Counted from the first letter of the stretch, positions 40,254 through 50,547 are shown. The stretch: DNA of 64,000 nt from Candidatus Eiseniibacteriota bacterium (GCA_963703225.1 OY969801.1:32001-96000), one strand, 5' to 3'. Notes: a model not told the origin generated them from the letters alone. Translations and numbers: made by a program.

Positions 40254-41975
40254 ATGGCGAGAAGGTTCCTGACGACCCTGGCTCTAATCGGCGCGACCCT
40301 GACCCTGGCAGGCTTGGCCCGCTCGGCCAGCACGCCGGAGCGGATCGTCTTCGACGGCAACATCATGTTCAACAACTCCGCCGGGCCCTGGGGCACGGAC
40401 GCCGGGCCGTGCACGTTGACGGTCGCGACGACCTACAACACGACGACGCTGGGGACCGTCTACTTCACCCACAACCGGGTGGTGGATCCGCTCCTCACGG
40501 ATCCCTTCAATCTCACCAATCCGAATTTCCAGCCGCAGCTCATGAGCCCCGCCAACTGCAACTACTCCACGGACGCCATGGTGCTCGATGCGCACTCCAT
40601 CGATCCGTGGTTCAAGCAGGTGGACTACGTCGGGGCCATGGCTCCGGCCATCTCCGACCCCGACGCGGACTGGACCAAAGGTGGCTGGACCTACTACAAC
40701 CTCCTGGGCGGCCTCGGGCGGACGGACATCAACTATTCGAAGCCACTCGTGATTCTGACCGGCCCCCAGGCCGCAAACCTGACGCTCAGCGCCTCGAACA
40801 ACTACCTGCTCCGGGGCAAAGTGTCGATGCTCGGCGGCACGACGCTGACGATTCCCGCTGGGACCTACCTCTTCGGAGAGAAGGCGACGACCGGATATCT
40901 CACCATAAACCGCGGCGCCAAGATCTTCGTGAACGGCACGAGGACCAATCCCGTCGTTCTCACCAGCGATCAGGATCCCTCAGTCGGCGGCATGGCTCCC
41001 AGCGACAACGGCGGCGTCGTGATTCACGGCCGGGCGATCGCCAACTGCGCCAACACGGTTGCGGGCGACTCGTGCGCCAGCGAAGGCGGCGCCGGAGTCT
41101 TCGGTGGCGCCGACGATGACGACAACAGCGGAACCATCCGTTACATGCGGATCGAGTACTCCGGCAAGACCATCAGCCCCGACAACGAGCTCAACTCCCT
41201 GACGATGAACGCGGTCGGGCGGGGCACGGTCATCCAGTACGTTGAGACCTTCCAGGGAAGCGACGACGGGTTCGAATGGTTCGGCGGAACGGCGCGGATC
41301 GACCACTGCCTCGCCGTTGGACCAGATGACGACGGGCTTGATTGGCAGCTCGGATTCCGGGGCCGCGCTCAGTTCTGCATCGTCCAGCAGGAACCGGGTC
41401 GCGGTGACAAGGGAACCGAGGCCGACAACTCCGAATTCAACTTCGCCGCACCGTTCCGGTCGAATCCGGTGTTCTCCAACATCACGTGGATCGGCGCCCC
41501 GGCGGGCGGCTCGGTCACGCCGAACATCGGAGTTCATCTCCGCCGCGGGACCGCGGGCACGATCGTCAACAGCATCGTCATGGGTTTCAACGGGCCTGGC
41601 CTTCGCATGCAGGATCCGGAGACCTTCGCCAATTGCCAGGGCACTGCGCCCGCGGTCTTCTGCTCGCCGAGCGTGTCAGCGGTCGACGAATCACCGCTCA
41701 ACAAGGGTCGGATCTTCATGGCGGCGTCGCCAAATCCGCTCAACGCGGCGACGAAGATCATTTTCGGTCTGCCGGGAGATCGGCGCCACGTGCAGGCGCG
41801 CATATTCGACGCTCAAGGCCGCTTGGTCGCTACGCTGGTTGAGGGGGCGATGACGAAGGGCGTCCACACCTTGAACTGGACCCCGTCCCGCACGCTTCCG
41901 ACCGGCTCCTATTTCCTCCGCGTCGAGTCGGAGGGGGGACTCTCGACCAGCGGGAAGTTGATATTGGTGAGGTAA
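40254..41975 (+). CDS. Secreted beta-helix-type protein with a C-terminal FlgD-Ig/T9SS-like domain
   Basis: AAGGAG RBS; signal peptide; DDNSGTIRYMRIEYSG, NELNSLT, DDGFEWFGG, DDDGLDW, EADN; CTD SPNPLN...IFDAQGRLV. Confidence 0.85.
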   Translation: MARRFLTTLALIGATLTLAGLARSASTPERIVFDGNIMFNNSAGPWGTDAGPCTLTVATTYNTTTLGTVYFTHNRVVDPLLTDPFNLTNPNFQPQLMSPANCNYSTDAMVLDAHSIDPWFKQVDYVGAMAPAISDPDADWTKGGWTYYNLLGGLGRTDINYSKPLVILTGPQAANLTLSASNNYLLRGKVSMLGGTTLTIPAGTYLFGEKATTGYLTINRGAKIFVNGTRTNPVVLTSDQDPSVGGMAPSDNGGVVIHGRAIANCANTVAGDSCASEGGAGVFGGADDDDNSGTIRYMRIEYSGKTISPDNELNSLTMNAVGRGTVIQYVETFQGSDDGFEWFGGTARIDHCLAVGPDDDGLDWQLGFRGRAQFCIVQQEPGRGDKGTEADNSEFNFAAPFRSNPVFSNITWIGAPAGGSVTPNIGVHLRRGTAGTIVNSIVMGFNGPGLRMQDPETFANCQGTAPAVFCSPSVSAVDESPLNKGRIFMAASPNPLNAATKIIFGLPGDRRHVQARIFDAQGRLVATLVEGAMTKGVHTLNWTPSRTLPTGSYFLRVESEGGLSTSGKLILVR

Positions 41976-42005
41976 TCGCTATCGCGAGAACCGTAGATAC
42001 CGAGG

Positions 42006-42054
42006 CGCCACGCCAGGAGGGGGCACCCCAAGGCCCCCTCCTCGTGGCGTTTTT
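42006..42054 (+). terminator. Intrinsic-terminator-like hairpin between the secreted protein and the TonB receptor
   Basis: CGCCACG-cc-AGGAGGGGGC / 8-nt loop / GCCCCCTCCT-CGTGGCG followed by TTTTT. Confidence 0.7.
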
Positions 42055-44905
42055 GGCCGTGTTTTTCATGGCGTGGCTGCCAAGCCCTGCTCGCGCGCAG
42101 GCACCCAACGGGGTTATCTCCGGCAAGGTTCTGGATCAGGAGGATCGCCTGCCGCTGCCGGACGCCCGGGTCGGGATCTACCGGATCATGCCGGCCGACT
42201 CCGAGTGGACGATGGTCCACGGGGCGCTCACCGGGCCCGACGGCTCCTTCCGGTTCGAGGTGCCTCCGGCGACCTACCGCGTGATCTTCAACTATCAGTC
42301 CTATTCCGTCCTGGTCCGCGACGACGTGGCGGTGGCCCCCGGAGCCACCGTCGAACTGACGGTCACCATGACCCCCAAACCGCTCCAGCTCCAGGGCATC
42401 GACGTCCAAGGGCTCGGTCGCAAGGGCTCTGAAGCGACGGCACTCCAGGCGCAAAAGAAGGCAGAGGTCGTCAGCGACGCGATCACCGCGGAGCAGATAT
42501 CCAAGTCGACGGACGCGAACGCCGCGGACGCGCTGCAGCGGGTCACGGGGCTCTCGGTGGTTGAGGGCAAGTACGTCTTTGTGCGGGGCCTCGGCGAGCG
42601 CTACAGCTCGACCCAAGTGAATGGCGCCACCGTGGGGACGCCCGAGCCGAACAAGAAGGTGATCCCGCTCGACGTTTTTCCCTCGGGCTCCTTGGAAAAC
42701 ATCGTGGTGCAAAAGACCTACACCCCCGACCAGCAGGGGGAATTCGCCGGGGGGGTCATCGAACTCAACACCCGGGACTTCGTCGACCACAAGAGCTTCG
42801 CGCAGAATCTCAGCATCGGTTATTCGGCGACCGTCGCGAAAAACAAGTTCTTGAGCTATCGCGGTGGAAAGCTCGACTTCCTGGGCTTCGACGACGGTAT
42901 CCGGGACTACCCCGCCTATTTCAAGAGCCTGGCCGGTTCCAAGCGGGTGACCCAGAACGGGGTCTTTGGAGGCGACGGATTCAACAGCGGACAAATCGAA
43001 GCGATGGGAGAATCTTTCAACAAGATTTGGAGCCCGGCCAAGGACGGAGGGAGCCCCAACTACAGCTATTCGGCGAATTACGGCAATCGGTATCACGTGC
43101 TGGGGAAGGATGTGGGAGTTCTCGGCGCGGTTTCACTCTCGAACAACTTCACGACCGTCGAGCGGGAGCAGAACGCCTATTCGGGAACGAGCACCCGACT
43201 CTCGCCTCTCTATGAATACGACGTCACGGAATCGAATACCAAGGTCCTGGGAGGAGCGCTGGCCAATCTGAGCGTCAAGCTGGCCGAGCCCCACTCCATC
43301 CAGCTTCGCGGCCTCTACACGCGAAGCTCCGACGACTTCACCCGCATTTCCGAGGGACCGAACTACAACTACGGCACGCCGCTCATGCGGATCTCGAGTC
43401 TCGATTTCATTGAGCGCGGGCTCTTTCTCGGGGTGCTGAGCGGAACGAGCCGCTTCACGCCGGCGGGTGGGTTTCAGCTGGATTGGCTCGGAAGCTACTC
43501 CGAGGCGATGCGCGACGAGCCGGACCGGAGGGAAGCGGTCTACGAAGCCTCGCCCCAGGGCGGGCTCGGCCTCTCCCCGCGATCGACGATTCCACTGACC
43601 CGAATTTTCGGCGACATGAACGAGTACGACCGGTCGGCAACCGCCAACCTCACGAAACCGGTCCCATTCTTGAGCGGCCGGGAAGCGAAACTGAAGATGG
43701 GCGGCGCCTATCGCTACCGGAATCGGATCTCGTCGTTTCGCCGCCTTGGATTCCAGTTGGGTCTCGCGGGGCGGAGCGCGATCGATCTGAGGCAATCCCC
43801 CGAGTCCCTCCTGATCGACGCAAACATAGCCCCCGGCTATTTCCAGCTCGTGGAGGAGACTCGCGAGAACGATGCATATCGCGCCTCCCAGGAGATCCTG
43901 GCGGGATACGCCATGGCGACGGTGCCCGTATTTCCGAAGTTCGAGGTCCTGGCGGGTGCCCGGTTGGAGCACTCCAATCAGAAGGTGGAGGCCAAGAGCC
44001 CGTTTGTCACCTCGGTCGCGCCGACCGACGTCGAGCTGGACGATCACGATCTTCTCCCCGCGGTGAACGCGACCTACCGCGTGACCGACCGGATGAATCT
44101 TCGCGGAGGGTACAGCGTCACCGTCTCCCGTCCCGAGCTGCGCGAGATGAGCCCGTTTGACATGTACGACTATGAGACCGGCTACTCCGAGATCGGGAAT
44201 ACCGAGATCCAATCGACCAACATTCAAAACCTCGACGCTCGCTGGGAGTTCTTCCCCGGCACGCGAGAGCTCCTGGCGCTGAGCGGCTTTCGAAAGGTCC
44301 TCTTCCAGCCGATCGAGAACGTCGTGCAGGGCTCGAGTGGTGGGTACATCCTCTCCCCCCGAAACGGAAGGGACGGTCGCCTCTATGGCCTCGAGGTGGA
44401 GACGCGGGTGGGACTCCGTGGCGTTTGGAACACGATCGGCCGGGTGGTGCCATTGCCCCAATCCTCCAGCGCGTTCGATCACTGGGCGTTGAGTGTCAAC
44501 TACAGCCGCGTGGAATCGAGCGTCAAGGTACAGGCGACCACCGACGCGGCGGGGGACCCCGTGTTCCGCGAGGCGCCTCTCCAAGGTCAATCGACGTACG
44601 CCCTCAACGGCGGAGTCTTCTACGGATCGGCGGGGCTCCAAGGCTCGCTCATGCTGAGCCAATTCGGCGAGCGCCTCGCTCAGTTCGGAGCGGGCGCCTA
44701 TCCGAGCAGCTTGCCGGACATCTACGAGCACCCTCCCACCTCCCTCGACCTCACGCTGGGCCAGCGCCTGGGGTCGACGCTCACGCTGAGGTTCGCCGCG
44801 GAGAACCTGCTCAACGAGGCGACCGAATATGTCCAGCTGGGTCTCATCACGCGCCGCTACAACACGGGCCGCACCCTCTCCCTCTCCGTGAATCTTAAGG
44901 ACTAG
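42044..44905 (+). CDS. TonB-dependent receptor with an N-terminal carboxypeptidase-regulatory-like domain
   Basis: Plug DAITAEQISK...DALQRVTGLS...VRGLGERYS...PLDVFPS...KTYTPD; barrel RPELRE, NLDARWE, ENLLN. Confidence 0.93.
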   Translation: MAFLAVFFMAWLPSPARAQAPNGVISGKVLDQEDRLPLPDARVGIYRIMPADSEWTMVHGALTGPDGSFRFEVPPATYRVIFNYQSYSVLVRDDVAVAPGATVELTVTMTPKPLQLQGIDVQGLGRKGSEATALQAQKKAEVVSDAITAEQISKSTDANAADALQRVTGLSVVEGKYVFVRGLGERYSSTQVNGATVGTPEPNKKVIPLDVFPSGSLENIVVQKTYTPDQQGEFAGGVIELNTRDFVDHKSFAQNLSIGYSATVAKNKFLSYRGGKLDFLGFDDGIRDYPAYFKSLAGSKRVTQNGVFGGDGFNSGQIEAMGESFNKIWSPAKDGGSPNYSYSANYGNRYHVLGKDVGVLGAVSLSNNFTTVEREQNAYSGTSTRLSPLYEYDVTESNTKVLGGALANLSVKLAEPHSIQLRGLYTRSSDDFTRISEGPNYNYGTPLMRISSLDFIERGLFLGVLSGTSRFTPAGGFQLDWLGSYSEAMRDEPDRREAVYEASPQGGLGLSPRSTIPLTRIFGDMNEYDRSATANLTKPVPFLSGREAKLKMGGAYRYRNRISSFRRLGFQLGLAGRSAIDLRQSPESLLIDANIAPGYFQLVEETRENDAYRASQEILAGYAMATVPVFPKFEVLAGARLEHSNQKVEAKSPFVTSVAPTDVELDDHDLLPAVNATYRVTDRMNLRGGYSVTVSRPELREMSPFDMYDYETGYSEIGNTEIQSTNIQNLDARWEFFPGTRELLALSGFRKVLFQPIENVVQGSSGGYILSPRNGRDGRLYGLEVETRVGLRGVWNTIGRVVPLPQSSSAFDHWALSVNYSRVESSVKVQATTDAAGDPVFREAPLQGQSTYALNGGVFYGSAGLQGSLMLSQFGERLAQFGAGAYPSSLPDIYEHPPTSLDLTLGQRLGSTLTLRFAAENLLNEATEYVQLGLITRRYNTGRTLSLSVNLKD

Positions 44906-44914
44906 CTGGGCGCG

Positions 44915-45727
44915 ATGAGCACGCCGGCGAATGATCGGAAGCCAGGCTCACCGGTAGGTGTTGGCGTGGGGCTGCTGCTCCTCGTCCTCGCCCCCCTGGC
45001 CGTGCGTGTTCTGATTATCCGAGGCGATCACCCGCCGAAGGCCGCCGCTCCCGGAGCCGTGCGGTCGCAGGGCTTCGAAAGCGGCCCCACGGCTGGCGCC
45101 GGCAAGGGGGAGCCGACCGTCGATCCCGGCTCGCGGCCCGCCACCGATGCTTCAACCCGCCAGACGACCGTCCCCCCGGCGCTCGCCGCGTCGAGTCGTC
45201 CGCGTTCGCCGCTCGAGCGCTCGCCCGGCTACTACCCTCCGGACGATCCCGAGTCGATGTCGGTGATCACGGGCCGGAGGGACGCTCCGTTGGTCGATTT
45301 GGACCTGGCGGGAGGGGCTTCTTCCAAGCGGGATCTCGCAATGATGCTCCTGGCGGGCCTGAACGCCCGCGATGAGCGCGCGCTCCACGCGCTGCGGATC
45401 ACGCGCAAGGAGTTCGAGGTCATCCTCTGGCCCGAGTTCCCCGAGAGCCGGCCGGTCACGAACATCACGGCCGAGGACGCTTGGGAAATGTCGATCGCGC
45501 AGAGCGTCTCCGGTGCGGGCCGCGCGATCGGAGGCTATGGTGCCCGGCAGCTCGAGCTGGTCCGGGTCGAATGTGACCCGCCCACGCCGTACAAGAATTT
45601 CACGCTCCACCGCGGCGTCACGATCGTCGCGCGGGATCAGAACTCGGGGGAGACGGAGCGAATGCGATTTGCCCCCACCTTCGTGGAACGACATGGCCGC
45701 TACAAGGTGCTCACCTTCAAAGATTGA
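44915..45727 (+). CDS. Hypothetical membrane-anchored protein
   Basis: N-terminal TM, Pro/Ala linker, globular C-terminal domain; 9 bp after the receptor gene. Confidence 0.7.
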   Translation: MSTPANDRKPGSPVGVGVGLLLLVLAPLAVRVLIIRGDHPPKAAAPGAVRSQGFESGPTAGAGKGEPTVDPGSRPATDASTRQTTVPPALAASSRPRSPLERSPGYYPPDDPESMSVITGRRDAPLVDLDLAGGASSKRDLAMMLLAGLNARDERALHALRITRKEFEVILWPEFPESRPVTNITAEDAWEMSIAQSVSGAGRAIGGYGARQLELVRVECDPPTPYKNFTLHRGVTIVARDQNSGETERMRFAPTFVERHGRYKVLTFKD

Positions 45728-46366
45728 CGCCGGGCTTGACTGGCCGGGGCACCCCGCGGGCATCGCCGGGATCCCGGAGCCCCCTTCGCTCGTTACTTCA
45801 TCTTCAGTTGTCCGACACGAGATCGGAACCGCGCCCCGCTACACTTCCGTCCGATGAGCACGCGACTCAAACGATCTCCCCAGGAGCGCGCCGGGGGTGC
45901 GAAGCAACCGAGTGGGGTTCATCCCGTACTTCTTGCGGACCCCGGCGCCTCCTTCCCCTCTCCCATCGACTGGGGCGATCTCATCGATGGCGAAGATGGG
46001 ATCGAATCCGACGATTGGATCGAGACCGATCTCTACCTTGCCGCGCTGGTCGCCGCGTCCTTCTCCTCGCCGTCGCCCGAAACTCCCTCCCATGCCCTGG
46101 ACGTGCCCGGGGGATCGAGTGGAATGGAACGGACGGGCGATTCGGCACGGCAAGGTTTCAAGAATGCAAGCGTCCCCGGCGACACGGCGCCGGTCGACGC
46201 ACCGGGTCGCGGCTCGAGCCCGGGGTTCACGTGGAGCTCAAGATTGCGGCGGAGACTTCTCGCGCGGCGCCGAAAGCCGTCGTAACGCGTGGACCCAAAA
46301 TCGGAACGCCCGGGGGCTTGGCCCCCCCGGGCGGCCGCGCCATACCCACCGGCCCGATGTTACGAA

Positions 46367-46421
46367 CGTAACAAGGAAGGAAAGGAACCGTAACAAGTCG
46401 TTCACACCCCTTGCGTAATCT
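46367..46421 (+). promoter_or_regulatory. Pho-box-like array plus -10 element (promoter C, porin-pstSCA)
   Basis: GTAACA 46368, GTAACA 46390, TTCACA 46401; TAATCT at 46416. Confidence 0.8.
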
Positions 46422-46501
46422 GCCCGCAAGGACGCGGAAAAAGCCGCCGGGCGACCGCCCGGCAGACCGAGAACAAACCGCGCCGAATCCAGGGAGGTGT
46501 G

Positions 46502-47626
46502 ATGAGTTTGCGAAGCTGGTGGCTCGCGGGAACCGTGGCGGCCGCCCTCGGCCTTACCGGACCGGCCCACGCTCAGCAGGTAACGCCGACGGACCCAGAT
46601 TTTCCGCGCGGACGGATCAGCGGGTATCTCTTCGGTGATTACTACTACAACGTGGACGGGCTCGAGAGACATGCCTACAACTCCTCGGGCTCGGACTCGG
46701 GCAAGGTCTACATCGACGGTGCCACCTCGGGCAACGGAACACCCAACAACATCACGAGAGATCTGAGCGGGATCGCGATCAGGCGGATCTATTTCCAGGC
46801 TGACAACGACCTCTCGATCAAGTACTCGACCCGGTTCCGGCTCGAGGCGGACAGCAAGGCACTCACCTCCGATGGCAAGATCGGCGTCTACATCAAGGCG
46901 GCCTACCTCCAGGCCAAGAACGTCATACCGCGGGGCAACTTCCTCATTGGAATGATCACGACCCCGACCTTCGAGAATTCCGAGGAGTTCTGGGCGTACC
47001 GCTCGATTGAAAAGACCATCGCAGACTTTCGGGGAATCGGAAGCTCGGCGGACCTCGGCGCGCAGTTGAAGGGATTCGCCGACGATGGACACCGGATCGG
47101 ATATAGCGCGATGTTCGGCAACGGCATCGGGCAAAAGCCGGAGGACAATCGCTACAAGAAGGGCTACTTCGCGCTACCTCTTCGGCCGACCGAGGACTTG
47201 AGGCTCGAGCCTTACATCGATTACGAAGCGGCTCCCGGCAACGCGGAGCGGATCACCTACAAGGTCTTCGCGGGATACGACACTCGGCACGGCGCTCTCG
47301 GGGTCGAAGTGCTGGACCGGGTGAATCACCAAGGCGCGTCGCCCACCAAGGAGCCGTTCGGGTTCTCCGTCTTCGGTCGGAGCAAGATCAGGCCCAACTT
47401 CTCCGCGTTCGCGAGGTGGGACCGGTGGCAGGCGGACTCTCGACTGGCAAACCGGATCGACTCCGATCTCTACATCGGCGGCTTTGACTGGGAGCCCTAC
47501 AAGGACGTCCACTTCATGCCGAACGTGGAGGCCAACCAATACCATGCGCGCGGGACGGCTCTGACGCCGCCGACCAACGACCTCCAAGCGCGCCTCACCG
47601 TGTACTATAAGTGGAGCAAACCGTGA
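46502..47626 (+). CDS. Outer-membrane porin, probably phosphate-selective
   Basis: Signal peptide AHA-QQ; IRRIYF, RFRLEA, IKAAYL, YRSIEKT; directly upstream of pstS. Confidence 0.75.
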   Translation: MSLRSWWLAGTVAAALGLTGPAHAQQVTPTDPDFPRGRISGYLFGDYYYNVDGLERHAYNSSGSDSGKVYIDGATSGNGTPNNITRDLSGIAIRRIYFQADNDLSIKYSTRFRLEADSKALTSDGKIGVYIKAAYLQAKNVIPRGNFLIGMITTPTFENSEEFWAYRSIEKTIADFRGIGSSADLGAQLKGFADDGHRIGYSAMFGNGIGQKPEDNRYKKGYFALPLRPTEDLRLEPYIDYEAAPGNAERITYKVFAGYDTRHGALGVEVLDRVNHQGASPTKEPFGFSVFGRSKIRPNFSAFARWDRWQADSRLANRIDSDLYIGGFDWEPYKDVHFMPNVEANQYHARGTALTPPTNDLQARLTVYYKWSKP

Positions 47627-47652
47627 ACCGAAACCCAACGTGGAGGAATGAT

Positions 47653-48741
47653 ATGAAGAGAATTCGAATCGCGTTCGAGTCGCGCCTCGTCCGGCTTGCC
47701 GTTTTGGGCTTGGTGGCGATCGCAGCCGTGGCGCTGACTCAGGCGCCCGCATCCGCCGACGATGTCAAATTGACCGGGGCGGGGGCGACGTTTCCTTATC
47801 CGATCTATTCCAAGTGGTTTGACACGTACAACAAGGAGACCGGCGTCCAGATCAACTACCAATCGATCGGTAGCGGCGGCGGAATCCAGCAGGTGAAAGC
47901 GGGCACGGTCGACTTCGGCGCCAGCGACGCGCCGCTCACGAACGCCCGGATGAAGGAGATGCCGCGGAACGTGATCCACTTCCCGACGGTGGCCGGCGCG
48001 GTGGTTCTCGCGTACAACCTGCCGTCCGTTACCGCGCCGCTCCAGCTCACCCCGGAAACGGTCGTAGGGATCTACTTGGGCAAGATCACCATGTGGAACG
48101 ACAAGAAGATCGCGGCCTCTAATCCGGGGGTCGCGCTTCCCGGCGCCCCGATCTACCCCGTGCACCGCTCCGACGGCAGCGGCACGACCTACATCTTCGT
48201 CTCCTACCTTTCCGACGTGAGTCGTGAGTGGAAGGAGTTGGTAGGTGCGAACACCTCCGTCAGCTGGCCGGTCGGGGTTGGCGGTAAGGGGAACGAGGGC
48301 GTCGCGGGCATGGTCCGCCAGACCCCGAATTCCATCGGTTACGTCGAGCTGGCCTACGCCAAGCAGAACAACTTCTCGGTCGCCAGCATCCAGAACCGTG
48401 CAGGGAAATTCGTAGTGCCCTCCCTGGAGTCGACGACGGCCGCGGCCGCGGGCGCCGCGGCGGCGCTCGCCAAGGACGTTCGCTCCCCGATCGTGAACTC
48501 GCCAGCCCCCGACGCCTATCCGATCGCCGGATTAACGTTCCTCCTCGTCTATCAGGACCAGAAGGACCCGGCCAAGGCGAAGGCGCTTGCCAATTTCATC
48601 GCATGGGCGATGGACGAGGGACAATCGGAAGCCGGAGACCTCGACTACGCCAGACTGCCGGACCAGGTGGTCAAGGTCAACCTGGCGAACCTGACCAAGC
48701 TGACCGCTCTCGGGAAGCCGGTCTTTGTCGCTGCGAAGTAA
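47653..48741 (+). CDS. pstS: Phosphate ABC transporter substrate-binding protein
   Basis: GAGATFPYP, YQSIGSGGG, DFGASD, RSDGSGTT, GKGNEGV. Confidence 0.97.
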   Translation: MKRIRIAFESRLVRLAVLGLVAIAAVALTQAPASADDVKLTGAGATFPYPIYSKWFDTYNKETGVQINYQSIGSGGGIQQVKAGTVDFGASDAPLTNARMKEMPRNVIHFPTVAGAVVLAYNLPSVTAPLQLTPETVVGIYLGKITMWNDKKIAASNPGVALPGAPIYPVHRSDGSGTTYIFVSYLSDVSREWKELVGANTSVSWPVGVGGKGNEGVAGMVRQTPNSIGYVELAYAKQNNFSVASIQNRAGKFVVPSLESTTAAAAGAAAALAKDVRSPIVNSPAPDAYPIAGLTFLLVYQDQKDPAKAKALANFIAWAMDEGQSEAGDLDYARLPDQVVKVNLANLTKLTALGKPVFVAAK

Positions 48742-49657
48742 AGCCGTCCCGGCGGACGGGATCTACCGCGGGCTTCTCCTCGCCGCAGCGACCAGCGTAT
48801 TCCTCGTGGTCGCGCTCATCGTCTTCGAGGCGGCACGGGGAGCCGGTCTCTCGGTGCGGACCTTTGGATTGGGATTCCTCACCGGCACCGAATGGGATCC
48901 GGTCGCCGATAAGTACGGCGCGCTGCCCTACATCTACGGAACGCTCGTCACGTCCGCCATCGCGTTGATTCTCGCGGTACCGGTCGGCATTGGGAGCGCG
49001 GTCTATCTGGCGGAAATCGCGCACCGCCGCGTAGGGGCCATCCTCTCCTTTTTGATGGAGCTCCTCGCGGCGGTGCCAAGCATCGTCTACGGAATCTGGG
49101 GCTTCTTCGTCCTGGCGCCCTGGCTACGAGGCGCCCTCGAGCCGTGGCTCATCCAGCACTTCGGATACTTGCCGCTCTTCCGCGGCGCCCCGTTTGGAAT
49201 CGGGATCCTGAATGCCGGCATCATCCTGGCGATCATGATCGTCCCGACCGTCATCTCGATCTCGCGGGAGGTGCTGCTCGCGACACCGCAATCGCTCCGT
49301 GAGGCGTCGCTCGCGCTCGGGGCGACGCGGGCCGAGTCGATCGGTGTGGCGCTCGACGCGGCCCGGCCCGGGATTCTCGGCTCATGCATCCTCGCCCTCG
49401 GCCGCGCGCTGGGAGAGACCATGGCGGTTACCATGGTGATCGGGAACACGAACCGTATTACCGGATCGCTCCTCGACGCCGGCGCGACCATGGCAAGCGT
49501 CATCGCCAATGAATTTACGGAGGCGACCGGGACGCTCTACCTCTCGGCCCTGATCGAGATCGCCCTGGTGCTCTTCGCGGTCACCATCGTCGTCAACGCG
49601 ATCGCTCGGGCGCTCGTCCACTGGGCGACAAGCGGACAGCGGGCGGCGGCGCCATGA
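48725..49657 (+). CDS. pstC: Phosphate ABC transporter permease
   Basis: ELLAAVPSIVYGIWG, GRALGETMAVTMVIGN, IANEF. Confidence 0.96.
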   Translation: MSLRSKAVPADGIYRGLLLAAATSVFLVVALIVFEAARGAGLSVRTFGLGFLTGTEWDPVADKYGALPYIYGTLVTSAIALILAVPVGIGSAVYLAEIAHRRVGAILSFLMELLAAVPSIVYGIWGFFVLAPWLRGALEPWLIQHFGYLPLFRGAPFGIGILNAGIILAIMIVPTVISISREVLLATPQSLREASLALGATRAESIGVALDAARPGILGSCILALGRALGETMAVTMVIGNTNRITGSLLDAGATMASVIANEFTEATGTLYLSALIEIALVLFAVTIVVNAIARALVHWATSGQRAAAP

Positions 49658-50547
49658 CGGAAGCGCGAGCGGCAGTGAGCGCGGCATCGGTGCGCGCCGC
49701 CGGGGGCGGCCTCCTTCGCGTCCGCCGCGTGGTCTGGGATCGGATCGTGGTAGGGCTCTGTTACCTCTCCGCCGTGCTCGTCATCCTCCCGCTGGGGCTC
49801 ATCGTCTGGCACCTGTTAGCGAAGGGACTGGGCGGCCTTACCCTGGCGTTCTTCACCAAGATGCCGAAACCGGTGGGTGAATTGGGCGGCGGCATGGCCA
49901 ACGCCATCGTCGGGACGCTCATCATCGTCGGCATCGGTGCTACGATCGCGGTTCCATTGGGTGTAGCGGCCGGCGTCTTTCTGGCCGAGTTCGGCCGGAG
50001 TCGATTTGCCTCAATGGTCCGCTACACGACCGATCTACTGAGCGGCGTCCCCTCGATTGTCGTCGGGGTTGCCGCCTACGGCTTGATTGTCGTGCCGATG
50101 GGAAGGTTCTCGGCCCTCGCGGGCGGCGTGGCACTCGCCATTCTCATGCTGCCGACCATCATCCGCTCGACCGAGGAGATGGTGCGACTGGTGCCGCAGT
50201 CCTACCGCCACGCCGCGCTCGCGCTGGGCGCGCCGCGATGGAAGGTGACCCAGCAGGTGGTCCTGCCGGCGGCCCGGGCCGGGATCGTCACGGCGAGCAT
50301 GCTGGCGGTCGCTCGGGCGGCGGGGGAAACGGCGCCGCTCCTCTTCACCGCGCTCGGGAATCGATTCTGGTCGCTACGGCTCGATCAGCCGATGGCGACG
50401 CTCCCGGTTTTCATCTTCGACTACGCGAGGGCGCCGTATGACGATTGGAACCGGCAGGCGTGGACCGGGGCGCTGGTCCTTGTGTTGGTCGTGACGGTTA
50501 TTTCCGCGACGCTGCGGCTTACTGCTAGGCGGATCCGGGCCCGCTAG
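49654..50547 (+). CDS. pstA: Phosphate ABC transporter permease
   Basis: GGMANAIVGT, GVPSIVVG, ARAAGETAPLLFT. Confidence 0.96.
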   Translation: MTEARAAVSAASVRAAGGGLLRVRRVVWDRIVVGLCYLSAVLVILPLGLIVWHLLAKGLGGLTLAFFTKMPKPVGELGGGMANAIVGTLIIVGIGATIAVPLGVAAGVFLAEFGRSRFASMVRYTTDLLSGVPSIVVGVAAYGLIVVPMGRFSALAGGVALAILMLPTIIRSTEEMVRLVPQSYRHAALALGAPRWKVTQQVVLPAARAGIVTASMLAVARAAGETAPLLFTALGNRFWSLRLDQPMATLPVFIFDYARAPYDDWNRQAWTGALVLVLVVTVISATLRLTARRIRAR

